Positions 1 through 16,252 of a stretch of DNA of 64,000 nt are shown one piece after another. A program made the position numbers and the translations under genes. The notes under the pieces are model-generated. The model saw only the letters and a list, made by a program, of their open reading frames with translations, did not search any database and was not told the DNA's origin. This stretch comes from Octopus vulgaris (Eukaryota). The stretch is from positions 10,230,001-10,294,000 of the forward strand of contig OX597831.1 in assembly GCA_951406725.2 (NCBI GenBank). The letters are read 5' to 3'. How positions within the stretch are numbered: position 1 is the stretch's first letter; each line of letters starts with the position of its first letter.

Positions 1-2368
1 TGAAGTTTTTACGAAGGTAGTATTTGAACTGAGAGAGATGTGTTTATTTCAGAAAGTCGAATGACCTATAGGCAAGCTCTTATTAGCTTGATGGTGGATG
101 AATAGCAACGGTAGATAAACATTTGTAAACAAGCCCTATTGATGTTGGGGAGAATTCTCTGTTATATTCCAACAAGTATGGTTTCATGTGCAGAGCTCGA
201 CCTTCAGTGTGGGTACAATGTGCAATCTTAATAGTTTTATTCTCCTTAAATCCTTATAAAATATTGGATTAAATTTTAGATCCACTAAAGAAAAAACCCC
301 AGATAATTTGTTAAAGCAAAGAGATCGCCAAATTAGCTAGAAACAACCACAAATATATCATTATATTCTCCCCTTAATTTGGAGTTCATATAATTTGTAG
401 GAGATTCAGGAATATGCCGTCGTTGATTCTATCGAGACTGAATCTCTCTTTCCAATAATTTCTCTGACGCTTATGAAATTAGATCTGCTGAAATCTGTAA
501 AATAAATGTATTATATAAAACTAATTCAATTCCATCACATTCTACCGACTGATAAATAATTATACAAAGGAATAGAACAGAAAAACGACGTAGTGTTTCC
601 TGCTATATTGTTGTTGTTTTTTACGTCAATATCTTCATAATTCATCTCTCATAGTTTATCATTAAAATTAAAAATAAAGTTTGTTTTCTTTTTAAAGTTA
701 TAATACACGTCCATAACTTAAATCCCAGGAAAGAGATACCAACTGAACCATTTTAATGACAGTTTTCTTTGTGTTAATTCTATAATTGAAAATGAAAATT
801 TTGTTTTGTTGTCGAAAAGGAAATTGCTTTTTATACTAAACATTGATTTATCACACTCAGATATTATAACTCTGCCATTTATGTCATATATGCGGCAATT
901 TCATGTGATTACTTCATTTATTCTGGTAATAAGAAAATATACCGAAGAGACTCTTTTCAAAATGTTTGTGTATATATTACAGCCGACATTTAAATGACAC
1001 TGACTATAACTAATGCTACGATATAGCTGAATATATTACTGAACTACGTATTTCGCTGTAGAAAATCTTTGACTGATCCAACCAGTGATCAGATGCGTCC
1101 AAACGGTGATTATCCCGTCTTTATATCATGCATAATGTATGTATAATGTGTCCTGTACAATCATAGATACTGGTCACCGTCCCTTTTGAGATGATAGTGT
1201 CTGAGAAATTTGACTGCTGATTTTCTCACACAGGTTACTTGAAGATATAAATATTATGGATATATGGTTAGTACAATTTAGTTTAATTTGGATCACTGCT
1301 AGAAGATAATATCTATGCTGTGAGATGGACACGAAATCAATATTCATGTGTTACCAATGTCGTCTGCATAAATAACTGTAGCAAAACTATTACAGAAGTT
1401 ATTCACATTTGAGTTAGATGTTGAAGTTCATAGAATAAATTACGACGGTTTCACCCGAAATATTATTTAGTAAAACTACCAAATCTGGAAGAAATTTTGA
1501 TCGAAAATGTTTGACAAAATGGCATCAATCAAATATATTATTGGAGGGTAAATTACACATTATTGTAACGAGTTAAATTTAATCAATAATTAATTCGTTC
1601 AAAAGCTGAAAGAATCCAATTGTAAATTTCGTATCAAATGTCTAAACGTCTGAGAAGAGATGTTAATACGATTATAATTATCGCCGCTATTAATCTCACA
1701 TTTAGATATATATTTGCAATATTGGCTTCAAACGTTCGTACTAGGCTCAATGTATGTTATCTAAAGTAAATGCGCTGGAAGCCTGGGGAAGCGTTTCTTA
1801 TTTCAGCGGGTTGTCATGATTTACATACAGGCAGGGAAATAAACGCGTCTCAATGAAGTAAAATGGTGTTTTAAATGTTAGTCATGGCTAACAGCTTTCG
1901 AAACATTGAAATATTATGTTTCATAATGAAGTGGGAGCAAAGAATGTATTTGGTTTGAGCCTCACAGATGTTAGTTTAAGATATATTGAATTACGGGATA
2001 AAAATGCAGTGAATTTTGGAAAGAGAGGCATCTGCTTCGAATCTCGTCTCGTGGGCGGCTGCTCATACATTCAGAATGAAGATACCATTTAAAGTTTAAA
2101 GTTACATCAGTTTGAAACATAATGTAGGCACTGGAACTTTCCAATATATGATTCAAACTTCAAGATAATTGTCTGTAAAATTATCTCCACAAATTTTAAC
2201 TTATTTTTTTTTAACCTGTCAAATATTTAACATACACAAGAGAAAAGCAGCGACAGGCAGAATATCTATAAATTATATAGAACGTAAATATATGTGCTTA
2301 TTAACAGTTCGCTGCGGGGAATCTCTCTCTCACACACACACACTGTAATATATGTGTATATATATGTG

Positions 2369-2433
<65 letters not shown>

Positions 2434-3252
2434 GCATGTATGTATGTATGTATGTATGTAATGTATCAAGCATTATTATTTACATGTCAACTGCACGAAT
2501 AAATTACATAAAAACAAATAATACAATCTCATTGTGGTAGCAAATTTTCGATAGGTTACTAAGAGTTTCAGTTTACATCTCGTTACTGAGTGCATGTGTA
2601 TACATGTACTACATATATTCATACAGATATCTACACACACACACATACACACACATATATACACATACACACTCATACACACACACACACAAACACACAC
2701 ACACATACATATACATATATATATATATTCATTTCAAGCCATGGAAATATGGTTTGAAATCTAAACTCAGTACGAACACTTCTTACGTAAGTCTTTGTTA
2801 AATTCTTCTAAATCACTGTCACCAAATACTTTAAAATAGATATTGTTTGTGACGGAGAGTCAGTCTTACTCTTTCGATGTCGACTTGAGAAGATTTATAA
2901 AATTGAATATTTCTTAAAGCAGACATACTAACAAGCGGTTGTCATCCCGAACTTTGATATGCGTTTGTTATTATCCAGTTGCACGAAACATTTTTGATTT
3001 ATTTATCAGTAACATTGGGACCTATTCATTATAGGCAGATAACGTTTCTGACATCTTAAACCAATTGTCAACAAAAGAGAAAGAGAAAGAAAGAGCCAGA
3101 GAGTAATGACCTTTACTCTATCCATACATATGTGAGGGTGCATGTGTGTGAGAGAGAGAGAAGGACTATGTGCATGCGTGGGCACACACACACACACACA
3201 TATATATTTATATACACATATACACAAACATACACACGCACTCACACACATA

Positions 3253-3570
<318 letters not shown>

Positions 3571-3575
3571 ATATG

Positions 3576-3633
<58 letters not shown>

Positions 3634-4004
3634 GGATTGCAGTATTGTAAATCACGGCGCCATAATAAAAATCCATTCACACCGAAAGCATATACAAAGT
3701 TTCCTTACATAAAAAGCAAATATGAATGAACACATATAGTTCTTAATTTTAACAGAAAGCTGCAGGCGGGTTCGCTGGCGTAAATGTAACAAAGGGATGT
3801 GGATAGGAAATCCCATGCGGATAGGAAATTCTTCTTTTTTTTTCTGGTCGAGGGCTTATATGCCCCTTTATTAGACTTTCTTCTTTAGTCATTGCACGGT
3901 GATCGCCATAAGCTTTAAGCTTATATGAAAATACCATTACTATTATTATTTACAAGATTGTAAATCATGGAGCCGTAATAAAAAAAGTCCTTTCGCACAT
4001 AACG

Positions 4005-4060
<56 letters not shown>

Positions 4061-4063
<3 letters not shown>

Positions 4064-4290
4064 CGGCGAGCTGGCAGAAACGTTAACACGCCGGGCGAAA
4101 TGCGTTGCCGTATTTCGTCTGTCGTTACGTTCCGAGTTCAAATTCCGCCGAGGTCGAATTGCCTTTCATCCTTTCGGGGTCAATAAATTAAGTACCAGTT
4201 ACGCACTGGGGTGGATATAATCGACTCAATCCGTTTGTCTGTCATTGTTTGCCCTCTCTGTGTTTAGCCCCTAGTGGGTAGTAAAGAAAT
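4061..4290 (+). mobile_element. tRNA-derived SINE with Nin/Deu-like central domain
   Basis: A-box-like TGGCAGAAACG, B-box GAGTTCAAATTCC, conserved GCCTTTCATCCTTTCGGGGTC.ATAAA.TAAGTACC block; related copies at 56358, 58590 and 54865. Confidence 0.85.
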
Positions 4291-4855
4291 ATATATATAT
4301 ATATATATGTATAGAGAGAGAGAGAGAGAGAGAGAGATGTATGGTATCTGGAATGGCTACGTTAACAACAAATTCAACACGTGGCCCGTATGCCAAGCTA
4401 CTGAATCCTTAGGACTGTTCGCTCTAGGAAGCATTACACTTCTCTTCTCCACCTTCGTCAATCCTCACTTTGAATACAGTTACTCGCTCTATCATTTGCA
4501 GCATATGAATTATGGTGTTACTGTCTCTTCTGCAGACTTCCAGTCCAGCTATACTTTGTTCCAGATGGATTGGTATGTACCCTTTTGCTCGAATAATAAT
4601 AGGTATAAAGCTGAAAATTTATCTTGGGTACTGGATTTGCAAACTCCTTATTAATGGTCCTTAGATGTCCTCTTCCGCTTGTATTTTTCTAAAAACATTC
4701 ATATCCAGAGGACGGCTGATTTCCACTACAAATCATATATTTTCTTTGTGATCCCACACTAAAATATATGTGGGTTGTTGTGCTTTCACTTGGTGGCTGT
4801 TTTAATTTTTAAGTACCATCAATACTCTTTGGATTCATCGGTCTCATTAGGGCCA

Positions 4856-5056
4856 TGTATGTATGTATATATGCGTGTGTGTATGTATGTATGTATGTAT
4901 GTATGTATGTATGTATGTATGTATGTATGTATGTATGTATGTATGTATGTATGCATGCATGCATGTATGTATGTATGTATGTATGTATGTATGTATGTAT
5001 GCATGCATGTATGTATGTATGTATGTATGTATGTATGTATGTATGTATGTATGTAT
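4856..5056. repeat. (ATGT)n microsatellite
   Basis: About 200 bp of TATG/CATG tandem units. Confidence 0.95.
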
Positions 5057-5356
5057 TAAGATAGTATAATGGAACCGGAAACTCCTTTCGGCTGAAGCCT
5101 CGTTAATGAGGGATGGTTTTGAGTTATGTATAATTCATGAGCGTTTGTAAGACTCATTCAGATTTGGTGAACTATGTTATCCAAATATTTAATTCCAGCC
5201 ATATTCCCTCCATTACTTTTAATAAATGCAATCAAATGTAGCTTGCAATTAATACTGTTCCATAATAACCAACTAATAACATAATACAATTCAATCTTCT
5301 ACATATCCTCTCTAAAAATCATCAGCAAACAATGCAATAATTGTTACGCGAGATAA

Positions 5357-5509
5357 CATATGCATGTAAATTATGTCTTCAATATGTACATATAGAATAC
5401 ATACATATATCTAAAAGTGTATAGGTGTGTGCGTATACACACGGGCACTCACGCACACATCTATGTATATATCTCTCTCTCTCTCCCTCTCTCTCTCTCT
5501 ATCTATCTG

Positions 5510-5589
<80 letters not shown>

Positions 5590-5694
5590 GATTGATAGAT
5601 AGATATAGAAAGCTATACGTATATATATATATATATATATATATACCATTTTAGAATCTTATGCTCGAGGTGCCGTATCTTATGATCATTATAT
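5357..5694 (+). repeat. Direct repeat copy 1 (copy 2 at 10717-11027)
   Basis: Shared unique flanks CATATAGAATACATACATATATCT...CACACGGGCACTCAC and CCATTTTAGAATCTTATGCTCGAGGT around variable microsatellites. Confidence 0.85.
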
Positions 5695-6280
5695 TCTAAA
5701 ATATAACCTACGTTTACCTAATCGATAAAGGGCAACATAATACAAACAAGTCACATAAGTGATGGTGGTGAGGGTGGTTAGTTTTACTAAATATAGTAGC
5801 CAAATTCACTATATGGGCATAGATTAGGCTCTTCTGCCAATGTGGACCTGTAAGTGAAGGCTAACTACAAACTCACGCTTAACTTCTATTCATAAACATA
5901 ATACAACACACACATTACATACACTAAGCACTCAACATTCGAGAATTCAACACGAAACACATAAAGTGAAGTGGGTAGTATATCAGAAAAGACAGAATAT
6001 AACACCAGTAAGTCGACCACAATACACGTGTATTGCACAACAGAGAACATATTACGAGAACAACTAGGAGATCGAAAGGAATCCTGAAACAATGCAAAAC
6101 TAAAGTGAAATGCAAATCAACACTCTAATATAGTTGTGTTGCTGATGATAACGATGGTGATGCTGATGGTGATGATGAAAAGAATATGGAAAAAGAAGGA
6201 CTGTAACGTGGGCAATAGCAACAATAACAAACAACAACGAAGAACGCACAAACACTATCGAAATATGAACAGCAGCTAGA

Positions 6281-6311
6281 CTACTACTAACACTACTACT
6301 ACTACCACCAC

Positions 6312-6366
<55 letters not shown>

Positions 6367-6433
6367 GATAATAATAATAATAAATATTAATAATAATATT
6401 AATAACAACAATAATAATAATAATAATAATAAC

Positions 6434-6513
<80 letters not shown>

Positions 6514-6580
6514 TAATAATAATAATATCAACAACAACAACACCAACAACGACAGTAACCACCTACAACAATAATAATAG
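6281..6580. repeat. (CTA)n/(AAT)n/(AAC)n compound microsatellite
   Basis: Directly visible trinucleotide arrays. Confidence 0.95.
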
Positions 6581-7410
6581 AATAATTACCATATTGCCTG
6601 CTAATCTTTAATTATGCTAGAAATCTTGCTGCCTGTTAGGAATTCATTAGGACGAATAATGAAATCTCTTTGACATCGGATCTTCCGTAATTTTCATAAA
6701 TCTTGAATTAATTGTTCATTGTGACAAACGAATTTGTTTGTTAGAGACAATACGTTAATACCAAACTACAAAAGAAAATATCTAAAACCTAACGCTATTT
6801 ATTTATATAAAAACTGGCTGATCCGAAGTTTTGCTTAGCCCACTCTAATTACTGGTACGGAAACCTATGGATGGGAAAGAGATCCAAGTTGATAATGTAC
6901 TGGAAGTCGGGTCATTGCTTCAGCTAATGGATCCTGTCCTAAAGAGAATGTGGAGGTAGAATTTCGTTGCCCAGATACTTTCCTCAGCACATCTAAGTAA
7001 TTCCAGTTTCTAATAAAAAAAATTTGAAAAATTTAGTGAGAGCCTTCACCCTAAGCCTGGGTTAACCACTGTATTGGTAGGTTGTTCCGAAGGCAGAGAT
7101 ATAAGGGAAGCGGTCGCAAGAATGTCAATGAAATTAAATACCTGTTCATTTACAATACGCACATATATATTGAACATGCTTGTTGTTGTAGATTGGTGCT
7201 TAATTGTCCTTGATTTGGATCTTATTCTCGCTTACAGAGCATTCCCGTCCAAACAGACCAATGCCAATATATTTCGCAGTCTAAGAAAATATATAGTAAT
7301 TATATCATATTTATTTATATCGTGCAGTGAAGCTTATTGTTGAAATATCGTTGGTATACGTAGATTAAAACTGTAGACTTGCATAACAGGTACGTACATA
7401 CACACGCGCG

Positions 7411-7463
<53 letters not shown>

Positions 7464-7551
7464 CAATGAATAAGGATAAGATCGTTAATTTTCAAATAAA
7501 ATAAAATAAGTGGTCAACATGGAAAAAATAACATTCAAAGGTAATAATTAT

Positions 7552-7916
<365 letters not shown>

Positions 7917-8216
7917 ATATATTTCGTGTGGCGTTTTTTCGTTTTGTTTTTGCAATGGATGACCATGTATGTCTTTGAGACATGTCTATTTTACAGCTTA
8001 GCTAACATCCTGCTATCAGTTTGGTCAACTTTGTTCATTCCCCTTTATTTTTTCTTATTTTATTTTTTATGGTTATACAAGTATTTTTCCTTCTTCTTTC
8101 TCTCTCTCACTTTCATTACCCCTCTCTCTCTCTCAATCTCTCATTTTGGACTCTTTAGGTTTTGAGAGAGGCTATTTTATGTGACATATGAGGATGTTGA
8201 TTATTTGCATGGTGAA

Positions 8217-8435
8217 TACGAGGCGCTGCTGAGCAGTTCCTGGTTTTGCCTAATAGAAAATGGAAGCAGATCAGTTAATTATGATTTTATTTAACGCATA
8301 GTCCTCTCAGATTCACACACTTATTAAAGCTTTTCTTCAGTTTTTCTACGCTGAGTAAAAGACTTTGAAGTTTGGGGTACCAACCAGGCCTTTGTCGATA
8401 CACTGAAAGTCAGGAACGTTTCAGTACCACTTGTA
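8217..8435. mobile_element. Mariner-type MITE
   Basis: Degenerate TIRs TACGAGGCGCTGCTGAGCAGTTCCTGGTTTT / AAAGTCAGGAACGTTTCAGTACCACTTGTA, TA at both ends. Confidence 0.7.
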
Positions 8436-9737
8436 TATTTGGTGATATAAGACCAATTATATTTGGTACGAAACACTAATGAAGTGTATACATGATATGC
8501 ATAATATTCCTCATAATGTTATTATAACTTGGCGTCCTGTGGAAAGATGCGTATGTTATATAACATAATACGACATACATACAATGAACGAAAATATCAA
8601 TATAGTTACGCGTGAGTTAAATATTTTAGATGAGCCAATAGATTTTAATTTTAAATTTAGAGTTCATACACATAAATGTAAACAACTGCAAAGAAGCACA
8701 TGTGAACGGCCAAATTTACATAACCGTGCTAGCGTTAGCATTGTATCTAATTAATTATCTAATAATTATCAAGAACATGTCGAGTGTTGGATGTTCTACA
8801 ATTTTTAACGGAGTTATATGTACAGTATTTTAATTATGAGCTTCTCTGTGAAATGTAAACAAACGTAATCACCTGTTCTGTCTAATTCTCATCGGTGTTC
8901 ATTCACTGGCAGCTTGTCTAATTAATTAATTAATTAATTAGTTAATTATTCACAAATATGCGTTTATTAGATAATTTCACAGTTTTACTGTATGTATATC
9001 AATGATTTTTAAACCATAAGCCGCGTTCCATGATATAAATAAATATGATATAATTATCTTACATTTTCTTAGAGAGAAAAAAATATTAAGATTGTTGTTT
9101 GGTATCAAATGCATTATTAATTTATTATTTAATTAACTTTCTGCTAACAAATAAGCTTTTATGGAATTTCAGATTAAGATTGTATTTCATAAAAGAAGCT
9201 TATAACTATTTATATAGGCAACTTGGTTATTGTTTACAGTCGAGTCCCAAAATAGAGACGAAACTCAGAAGAATTCAAGCATTTGTTTAGCCACATAGTG
9301 ATATAGGTTTCTGTAGATATTTTCTTATAACTCGTTATGAGGATTCTAATTTAGAATTATGTGTATGGCTTCAATAGCTATCTTTAAATTTTAGTTTATC
9401 CAATATCCATTTCATTAAGCAAATGTCGTTGAAGAAGAAGTACATATAAGCAGAGAAAGCAGTAGAAACAACGAATTTAATGTTTTCTGCCATTGTTTCT
9501 TTTTTTTTATTAGATCTAATCACGAGCCATTACATACACAAAACACATTAAGCGGATTGGTAGCTCCAATTGCATGTAGCTTCTTGAATTTCCAGTGTAT
9601 AAAGTGATTGGCTGCTTATTTCTCTGGGACTGATCCAATTGGTGGAGACACATCTAAGGAGACCCCAATAAGATTCGAATATCTACTACGGCTGATCATC
9701 GTTTTTGCAATCTAAGTAGACATGACTAAATTAACAC

Positions 9738-9816
<79 letters not shown>

Positions 9817-10024
9817 ATGAAATGGATAAATGAGTTATCTTGTTACGGATTATTCAAAATTTAACCGATACCTGTGTAGCAAAAATCACACCAGAAAAGA
9901 CACGGTTGAGGTTACGACCATGGGGTTTCGCCCCCGTGCTTTAGCGCGGATAATTGAAGTTTTATATATTTAGTGAAGGGAAGAAATGGAGCCGAACGAA
10001 GATTCTACAAAATTCCTTTTTATT

Positions 10025-10110
10025 ATTTTCTACACATGTTTCAAAGGCTGCAAATTCCCAAATTCGGATTGAATAAGGAGACCATTCTGCAGCTTTCTCT
10101 TCAGGAAAAT
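10025..10110 (-). ncRNA. Type-I hammerhead ribozyme with extended stem II
   Basis: Minus strand: AUUUUC-CUGAAGA-g-AAAGCUGCA...UGCAGCCUUU-GAAAC-AUGU-GUA-GAAAAU. 6-bp stem I, intact core, GUA cleavage triplet. Confidence 0.7.
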
Positions 10111-10214
10111 CCAGGAATTTAAAATCTCAAAACAAGTGCGCAGCAAGCTTTTCGAACAAAACGCTCCCTAGGATCCCATGGTAAAATATATATATATATA
10201 TATATATATCACCA

Positions 10215-10405
10215 TGATAGATCGTTGGCCACTATATACATTTTTTTCTCTCCTTGCGTCTCTCCTTGTTTTTTCTGTGTCCCTTTCTGTAGAAGAGCGT
10301 AGGCTCGAAACGTAAAATGCTTTTTCTATTCCTGAGCGTTATACTAATACATCTTTTTGTTTTGTACACCACCTGTCTTCGTCTTTTGTTTATTTCGTAA
10401 ACTCT

Positions 10406-10410
<5 letters not shown>
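10215..10410 (+). mobile_element. Short PLE-tail/retrozyme-like repeat with hammerhead-like motif (10284-10317)
   Basis: TTT-CTGTAGAA-GAGC-GTAG-GCTC-GAAAC-GTA-AAA; closely similar copy at 18148-18342; both flanked by microsatellites. Confidence 0.6.
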
Positions 10411-10449
<39 letters not shown>

Positions 10450-10716
10450 GCATGTATACATACAAACATATATGTATGTATCAAAAGGAATCTAACGTCC
10501 ATTCCGACCAATAAACTCATAATGTCGATTTCTATAGATTTTGTCTCTCTCTCCGCTGCATTGGACCCCAGTGAATTACAGGATTACTTGTGTTTACCGT
10601 CTGTTTGACTGTAGAATGAAGTGTTTAGTTCAAATCACAAAGCATAACCAAATCTAGGAATCGAAACCACAAACTTACCATTATGAGTGTATCACCTTAA
10701 ATGTTGAACCACACGA

Positions 10717-10927
10717 CATATGCATATACATTATGTCTTAAATATCTACATATAGAATACATACATATATCTGAATGTGTATAGGTGTGTGCGTATACAC
10801 ACGGGCACTCACACACACATCTATTTATGTATCTCTCTCTCTCTTCTCGCCCTTTCTATCTAACTATCTATTTACCTATATATATATCTATATAGATAGC
10901 TATACGTATATAGATATATATATAGGT

Positions 10928-10979
<52 letters not shown>

Positions 10980-11027
10980 CATTTTAGAATCTTATGCTCG
11001 AGGTACCGTCTCTTATGATCATTATAT
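10717..11027 (+). repeat. Direct repeat copy 2 (copy 1 at 5357-5694)
   Basis: See copy 1. Confidence 0.85.
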
Positions 11028-11439
11028 ACTTAAAAGTGGATTAATTAGTTCATATTTTATTGATCATTTACCACTAATTTAAGATCACTAGATGTCTACT
11101 GATAGACAAGCAGTCTTAATTGATTTGAGATAGGAAACGACTCGTGTCAAGCAAAATCGAGAAAACATTTCATTGGTACTCAAATATTATCTGAGATATT
11201 ATTCTACTCTAGTCTATCTCCGTAAGAACATATCAACATTAAGATTGTAGACATCTTTGACTTCACGCTCATATTAATATACTCCGTTAAAATCTATTTG
11301 AAATAGACTGTAGATTTTTAATCTATGAAATTATGAATTTTGATATCTCAATTTAATGAGTGAACGGTTAATTTGTATTAGACTCTCAAACAAAATTTAG
11401 CACAATATGTTCTTTTTTCTTTGTATATAATTATTTTAG

Positions 11440-11782
11440 ATACTTCTGTAAATGTACTAAAATGCTATAATTCTTTTCCGTGGAGTTTTGCAATATCCTG
11501 CTTCAATCTCCGTTAGAATAAAGGAAATGGTTACCGCCAACATAACGGAGATGAAAGCTTTGTTTCTGTGGAGTAATATTTGACTAAATAATGAAAATCA
11601 GAAAGGAAAAAATACATTCCTGTACACAATAAATTTCCACCATAATTGATGAGTAAATTTTTGCAGTATTCTAGAAAAGATATTAATGAAACAATTATAT
11701 AGAGCAGATGTGGTCATTGAATTCAGCTACTGACAACGTCAGAACTAACCAAGTGGTTGATGGCAGCAGAGAAACTAAAGAA
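11440..11782 (+). other. Candidate exon (possible first coding exon, ATG at 11708)
   Basis: Pyrimidine-rich TTTTAG acceptor and consensus AA|GTAAGT donor in non-repetitive sequence; MWSLNSATDNVRTNQVVDGSRETKE open to the donor. No homology recognised. Confidence 0.3.
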
Positions 11783-12692
11783 GTAAGTTGTTTAAACTTT
11801 TTCGAATATAAACTTGTTTATAAATAATTCATACATTTAAATGAGAAAGCGGTCTATTTTGATTTTGTCGGGAAAATCGAAATCAGCATCGCCAACTAAC
11901 GGAGTGGTCATATCCACAGTACAACACTGTGAAATGCCTGATTATAAACCGCTCCGATCAACATACAATTCGGTGGACTGGATCGATAATAAGTTACGCT
12001 TCTGCAACGTGTAAAATAGAAATTAAGACATGGCTAGTCATGACAAGAACGTCCATAGAAAAGTGTAATAACGTTCTGAGCTGTAAAAGTCCCAGCTAAA
12101 TTTTAAAGACAGAATAGTACGAGTACATATTTGGCCAAGAGGCAATTATAGTTATGAAGCATGGTCAAAATTGAGGTGAATATTCAGAAAGAAAAAGCTC
12201 ATCTGTTATGGCTGTATTCCAAAAAGAAAAAGAAGTGTAGAAAACGTTATCATGGAATGAAGGAGATTAGTTAGTTGTTCAAAAGGGATGCGACGGACAC
12301 AAATCATGCACAATATCCTGAAGAGGTCGAGTTTAATCGGCAATACATTCAATGTTGTGTCACGGATGCACAGCAGGCATACGTACATGTTGATGACGAT
12401 GATGATGATGATGATGATGATGATCGGCAACGGTCTGAATATCAATGGGGCACTGTATCGAAACAGACATAGATTCTCCCTCTAACCATAAGCAATAAAT
12501 GTTTTGGCGCGGTGAACTGACAGCATCGCTAGCCCGTCGGATAAGATGTATAGCGGTATTTCATCCGGGTCTTTACGCCTTGGTCGCCATTTTCATTTAT
12601 CCGTTTGTGGGGGATAATGTCATGTACAAAGTATTTGGGATGATGTAATCGACTTGTGACTTGGCCTTGAAACTCATGCCCTTCAACACTGC

Positions 12693-12738
<46 letters not shown>

Positions 12739-13357
12739 ACACAGACAAACACACGTACACACACACACTCAGTTAAGGTGCCAACGCGCAACACGCTGGC
12801 ATGTATCTCCTACTAACACCCGAGGCCAAGCAATACCCTTTACCTCAATTTGTTAGCTGGAAACTGTGTGCAGTGGGGACACTGTGATCGCGCTATTGCA
12901 AGCAAGAAGGAAACCGGTTAAGCAGCGTTATGAATCTTAAGGCCAAGAAAAATAAACAAGTGTTTTGGACAATAATGCATTTTGATAAAAACTGTTACAC
13001 AATATTATGCGATAGCCTCTGAAACAAGGAGGGATGTAATAAGTATATTAATTTTCAACGGAGCTACTTGGAAAACAAATTAAGCTACAGGGAAGCTGAG
13101 TCTATGATCTGTTTTAAAATCTTAGTGGCAGCTGATGAATTTCGCTTTGATTGGCAATACTCTTGAGAAACATACGCAAGACAAATTAAAATTCCGTCAA
13201 TTTTAAAACGTATAGACTTACGTCAAAGAGAGAATTCATTATTTTCCTATGTCTTTGATGTGACACAAAAATGTGATATTTTAGATAAAACCTTTTGTTT
13301 CCATCATTGATACCATTTTAAAATTATGTCTGTTAGCAGAACGCTTATATGGCAATG

Positions 13358-13407
<50 letters not shown>

Positions 13408-15955
13408 CATATGCTACATACACACACACACATATGTAAAAATATATAAATGCTCGCGTTCTGAGATTTCTGTTTCCTGTTTGCATCCCAAACTCATGTG
13501 GTGTTTGTGCGCGTACGTGTGTAGGTGTGTGTGTGTGTGTGTGCGTGTGTATGCACCAGGGACGAGCTTGGCTGTATTTGAAGCTTGGTTATATTTACTT
13601 TAGTAACGGGAAAAAGAAACAATAAACTAGCGACATAAAAATTACAATTCGATATAGATGTCAACACAAATACATCTTCACGTTGAGAGAGTCTGATCGC
13701 TGCATGAATAAAAAGAAAACAAACAAAACATACCAGATACATCCATATATATATAATATGCATAATGAAAGAGACAGAAAAAAAGAAGGAAATTCTGAGA
13801 CGTGACAACAAAATTAATGAAGATACTAATAATCTGTTTGTTAGATGCGACTCACTGCGAAAGAATGAGACAGAGAGGGAAGGGGGAGAGAAAACCAGAA
13901 AATTCGTGTAAAAGTTTCCATATTTTAGTGTATTTGTTTGCAAATGTTCGAAAAAATTGGTGCGGAATTATTTTGGTTCTTTTTTCAGCATGGACTTTTG
14001 TTAGTGAAAAGGTCTCGGTCTCAAGGCGACGAAAATATTTTGACAAATTAATTTGAAATGATGAAGCGAATCTAACGATTTTTGGTTGCTTTTAAAGGAT
14101 TTATAAACACCTCCCACACTGCAATTGTTTTTTCATTCATATTTACGTATATTCATGAATATACCCTGTCGATGAATTAGAAAAGTTCATTGACAGGGTA
14201 GATCCCTTATGTTTTACCTTTAACTTGTTTCGTCACCAGAATGCGACTCTGCTTGGGCACCTACATGAATGATTTAATTGGAAAAATCCGTTCATATTCT
14301 ATCGGTATCCGTAGCCTAATCGCTAATACACCGGAACGTAAACGAAGTGATACCGGTTATCAATAGGTAAATATAGTAGTGAGGACAGGTGCATATTTTA
14401 TTACGTGAAATCCTGTAGACAAGGTTGAATGTTGCTTTATCCCTCTGAGGATGTATTTAACCCCTTCTAGAGTGTAGTTATTTCTTTAAGATTGTCCTAA
14501 GTTCTGCGGTAGGTATTTCATCGTCCCCTGTACACAACTGCTACCTAGTTTATCGACCCCGAAAGGATGAAAGGCAAAATCGACCCCAGCGAAAATTCTT
14601 CAATTACAAAGACCAAAATATTACCAAAGATCGTTGCTCCGCATGTACAGGTACGAAACCGGATACCGTTTTTCGAAAGCCAAAACCATGTGAATTGCTG
14701 TTTTGCAGTAATGATGTAGGTGTAAGCGGGGTCATTTAAAAACAGTAATTGCCAATTAAATGATACGTAGACACCGGGATGTGAAATTAAAGCTCATTTG
14801 GATGAGAAAGTGTAAAGTATTATATGACGTCTTTTGCTGAGGAAAAATGTGTCACTCACGGTAAGACAAAACTGTGTTCACCAGTACAGTCATTATATTT
14901 CCACTAGTGCCCGTGAATAAGAGAAAGTCCCTTTTTATATGCAAATGAAAGGTCTCCCTAAGCATATAAAACGGAAGTTTTGCTGTTATAATAGTTGATG
15001 TGACATCGGTTTTTGTTTGTAGAATTTTCGCTCCTGATTTGTGCATGGATCACAGGTGCAGAATATGATGAGTAACGATTCGAACCTATATCTAAATATG
15101 CCTCCAGCGACAAATAATGTAATGGAAACATGGCGCCTCTCACAAACAGGTTGAGCGAAAATGTGGAGGATATTTTGCTCTTGCGAATTTTGTTAGCTTT
15201 TATTCCTTTGCATTTTATGTTCATTTTTACACTATATATTCTAATGGTTTGTATCGGCTTTGTTGGATATTGCATCGATAATCTCAGTTGCGGATATGAT
15301 GGTAGTAGCGGTGGTGGAGATGTGTTTAATAATATATTCCAGGATTTCTTGAAACTTAAGTATAAAGTTATATGAAAAAGAAAAGTTGTTCTTTCTATCA
15401 ATTTCAGCTGTGAATATTTCAAATCTAAAGAAAAATCAAGCCATCACTGATTAGGTCATTGTCTTCGAAGTTCTCGACAAAAGCCAGCGCCTGAAGGCAT
15501 ACTGGAACTTCCTTAATTTATCAGTTGCGATTCCAGGTTATTTTTCTTGCTAAGTGCACGTGCATGGGAAAACATTAAACCAGAGACATAGAAAATTGAA
15601 AAATAAAACAATATCGTGGTTTGTTAGAGAGGCGGAGATGAGTGGAGAAATTAGAAGAAAAAGCTTTGCCAAAATGACGAATTCCTTCGGATTATTGATT
15701 GAAAAGGACGGGCGGTATATTTTATTAGACATCTAGAATCTATCATATAAAAGTTATTTTGCAATAATTTGAAAATGTATCTAAATATAGAAAGATGTCT
15801 AACTTCGTTACTACAATAAAGCTGAACTTAAAGAAACGAAATAAATTTATGAAATCAAAGATTGCTACCTTCTGCGACCATAGCAGCGTCAATATATGAA
15901 AATGAAAACAAAAAAAAATAATAATAACTGACATTATCTGTATATATATACAAAA

Positions 15956-15993
<38 letters not shown>

Positions 15994-16177
15994 GGGGGGG
16001 TGTACATATGTGTGTGTTTATATATATATGTATATATATGGATAAATACATACATATATATATATGTGTGTGTTTATATATATATGTATATATATGGATA
16101 AATACATACATATATATATATATATACACATACATATATATATATATATAGAGAGAGAGAGATAGACAGACAGCCAT

Positions 16178-16252
<75 letters not shown>

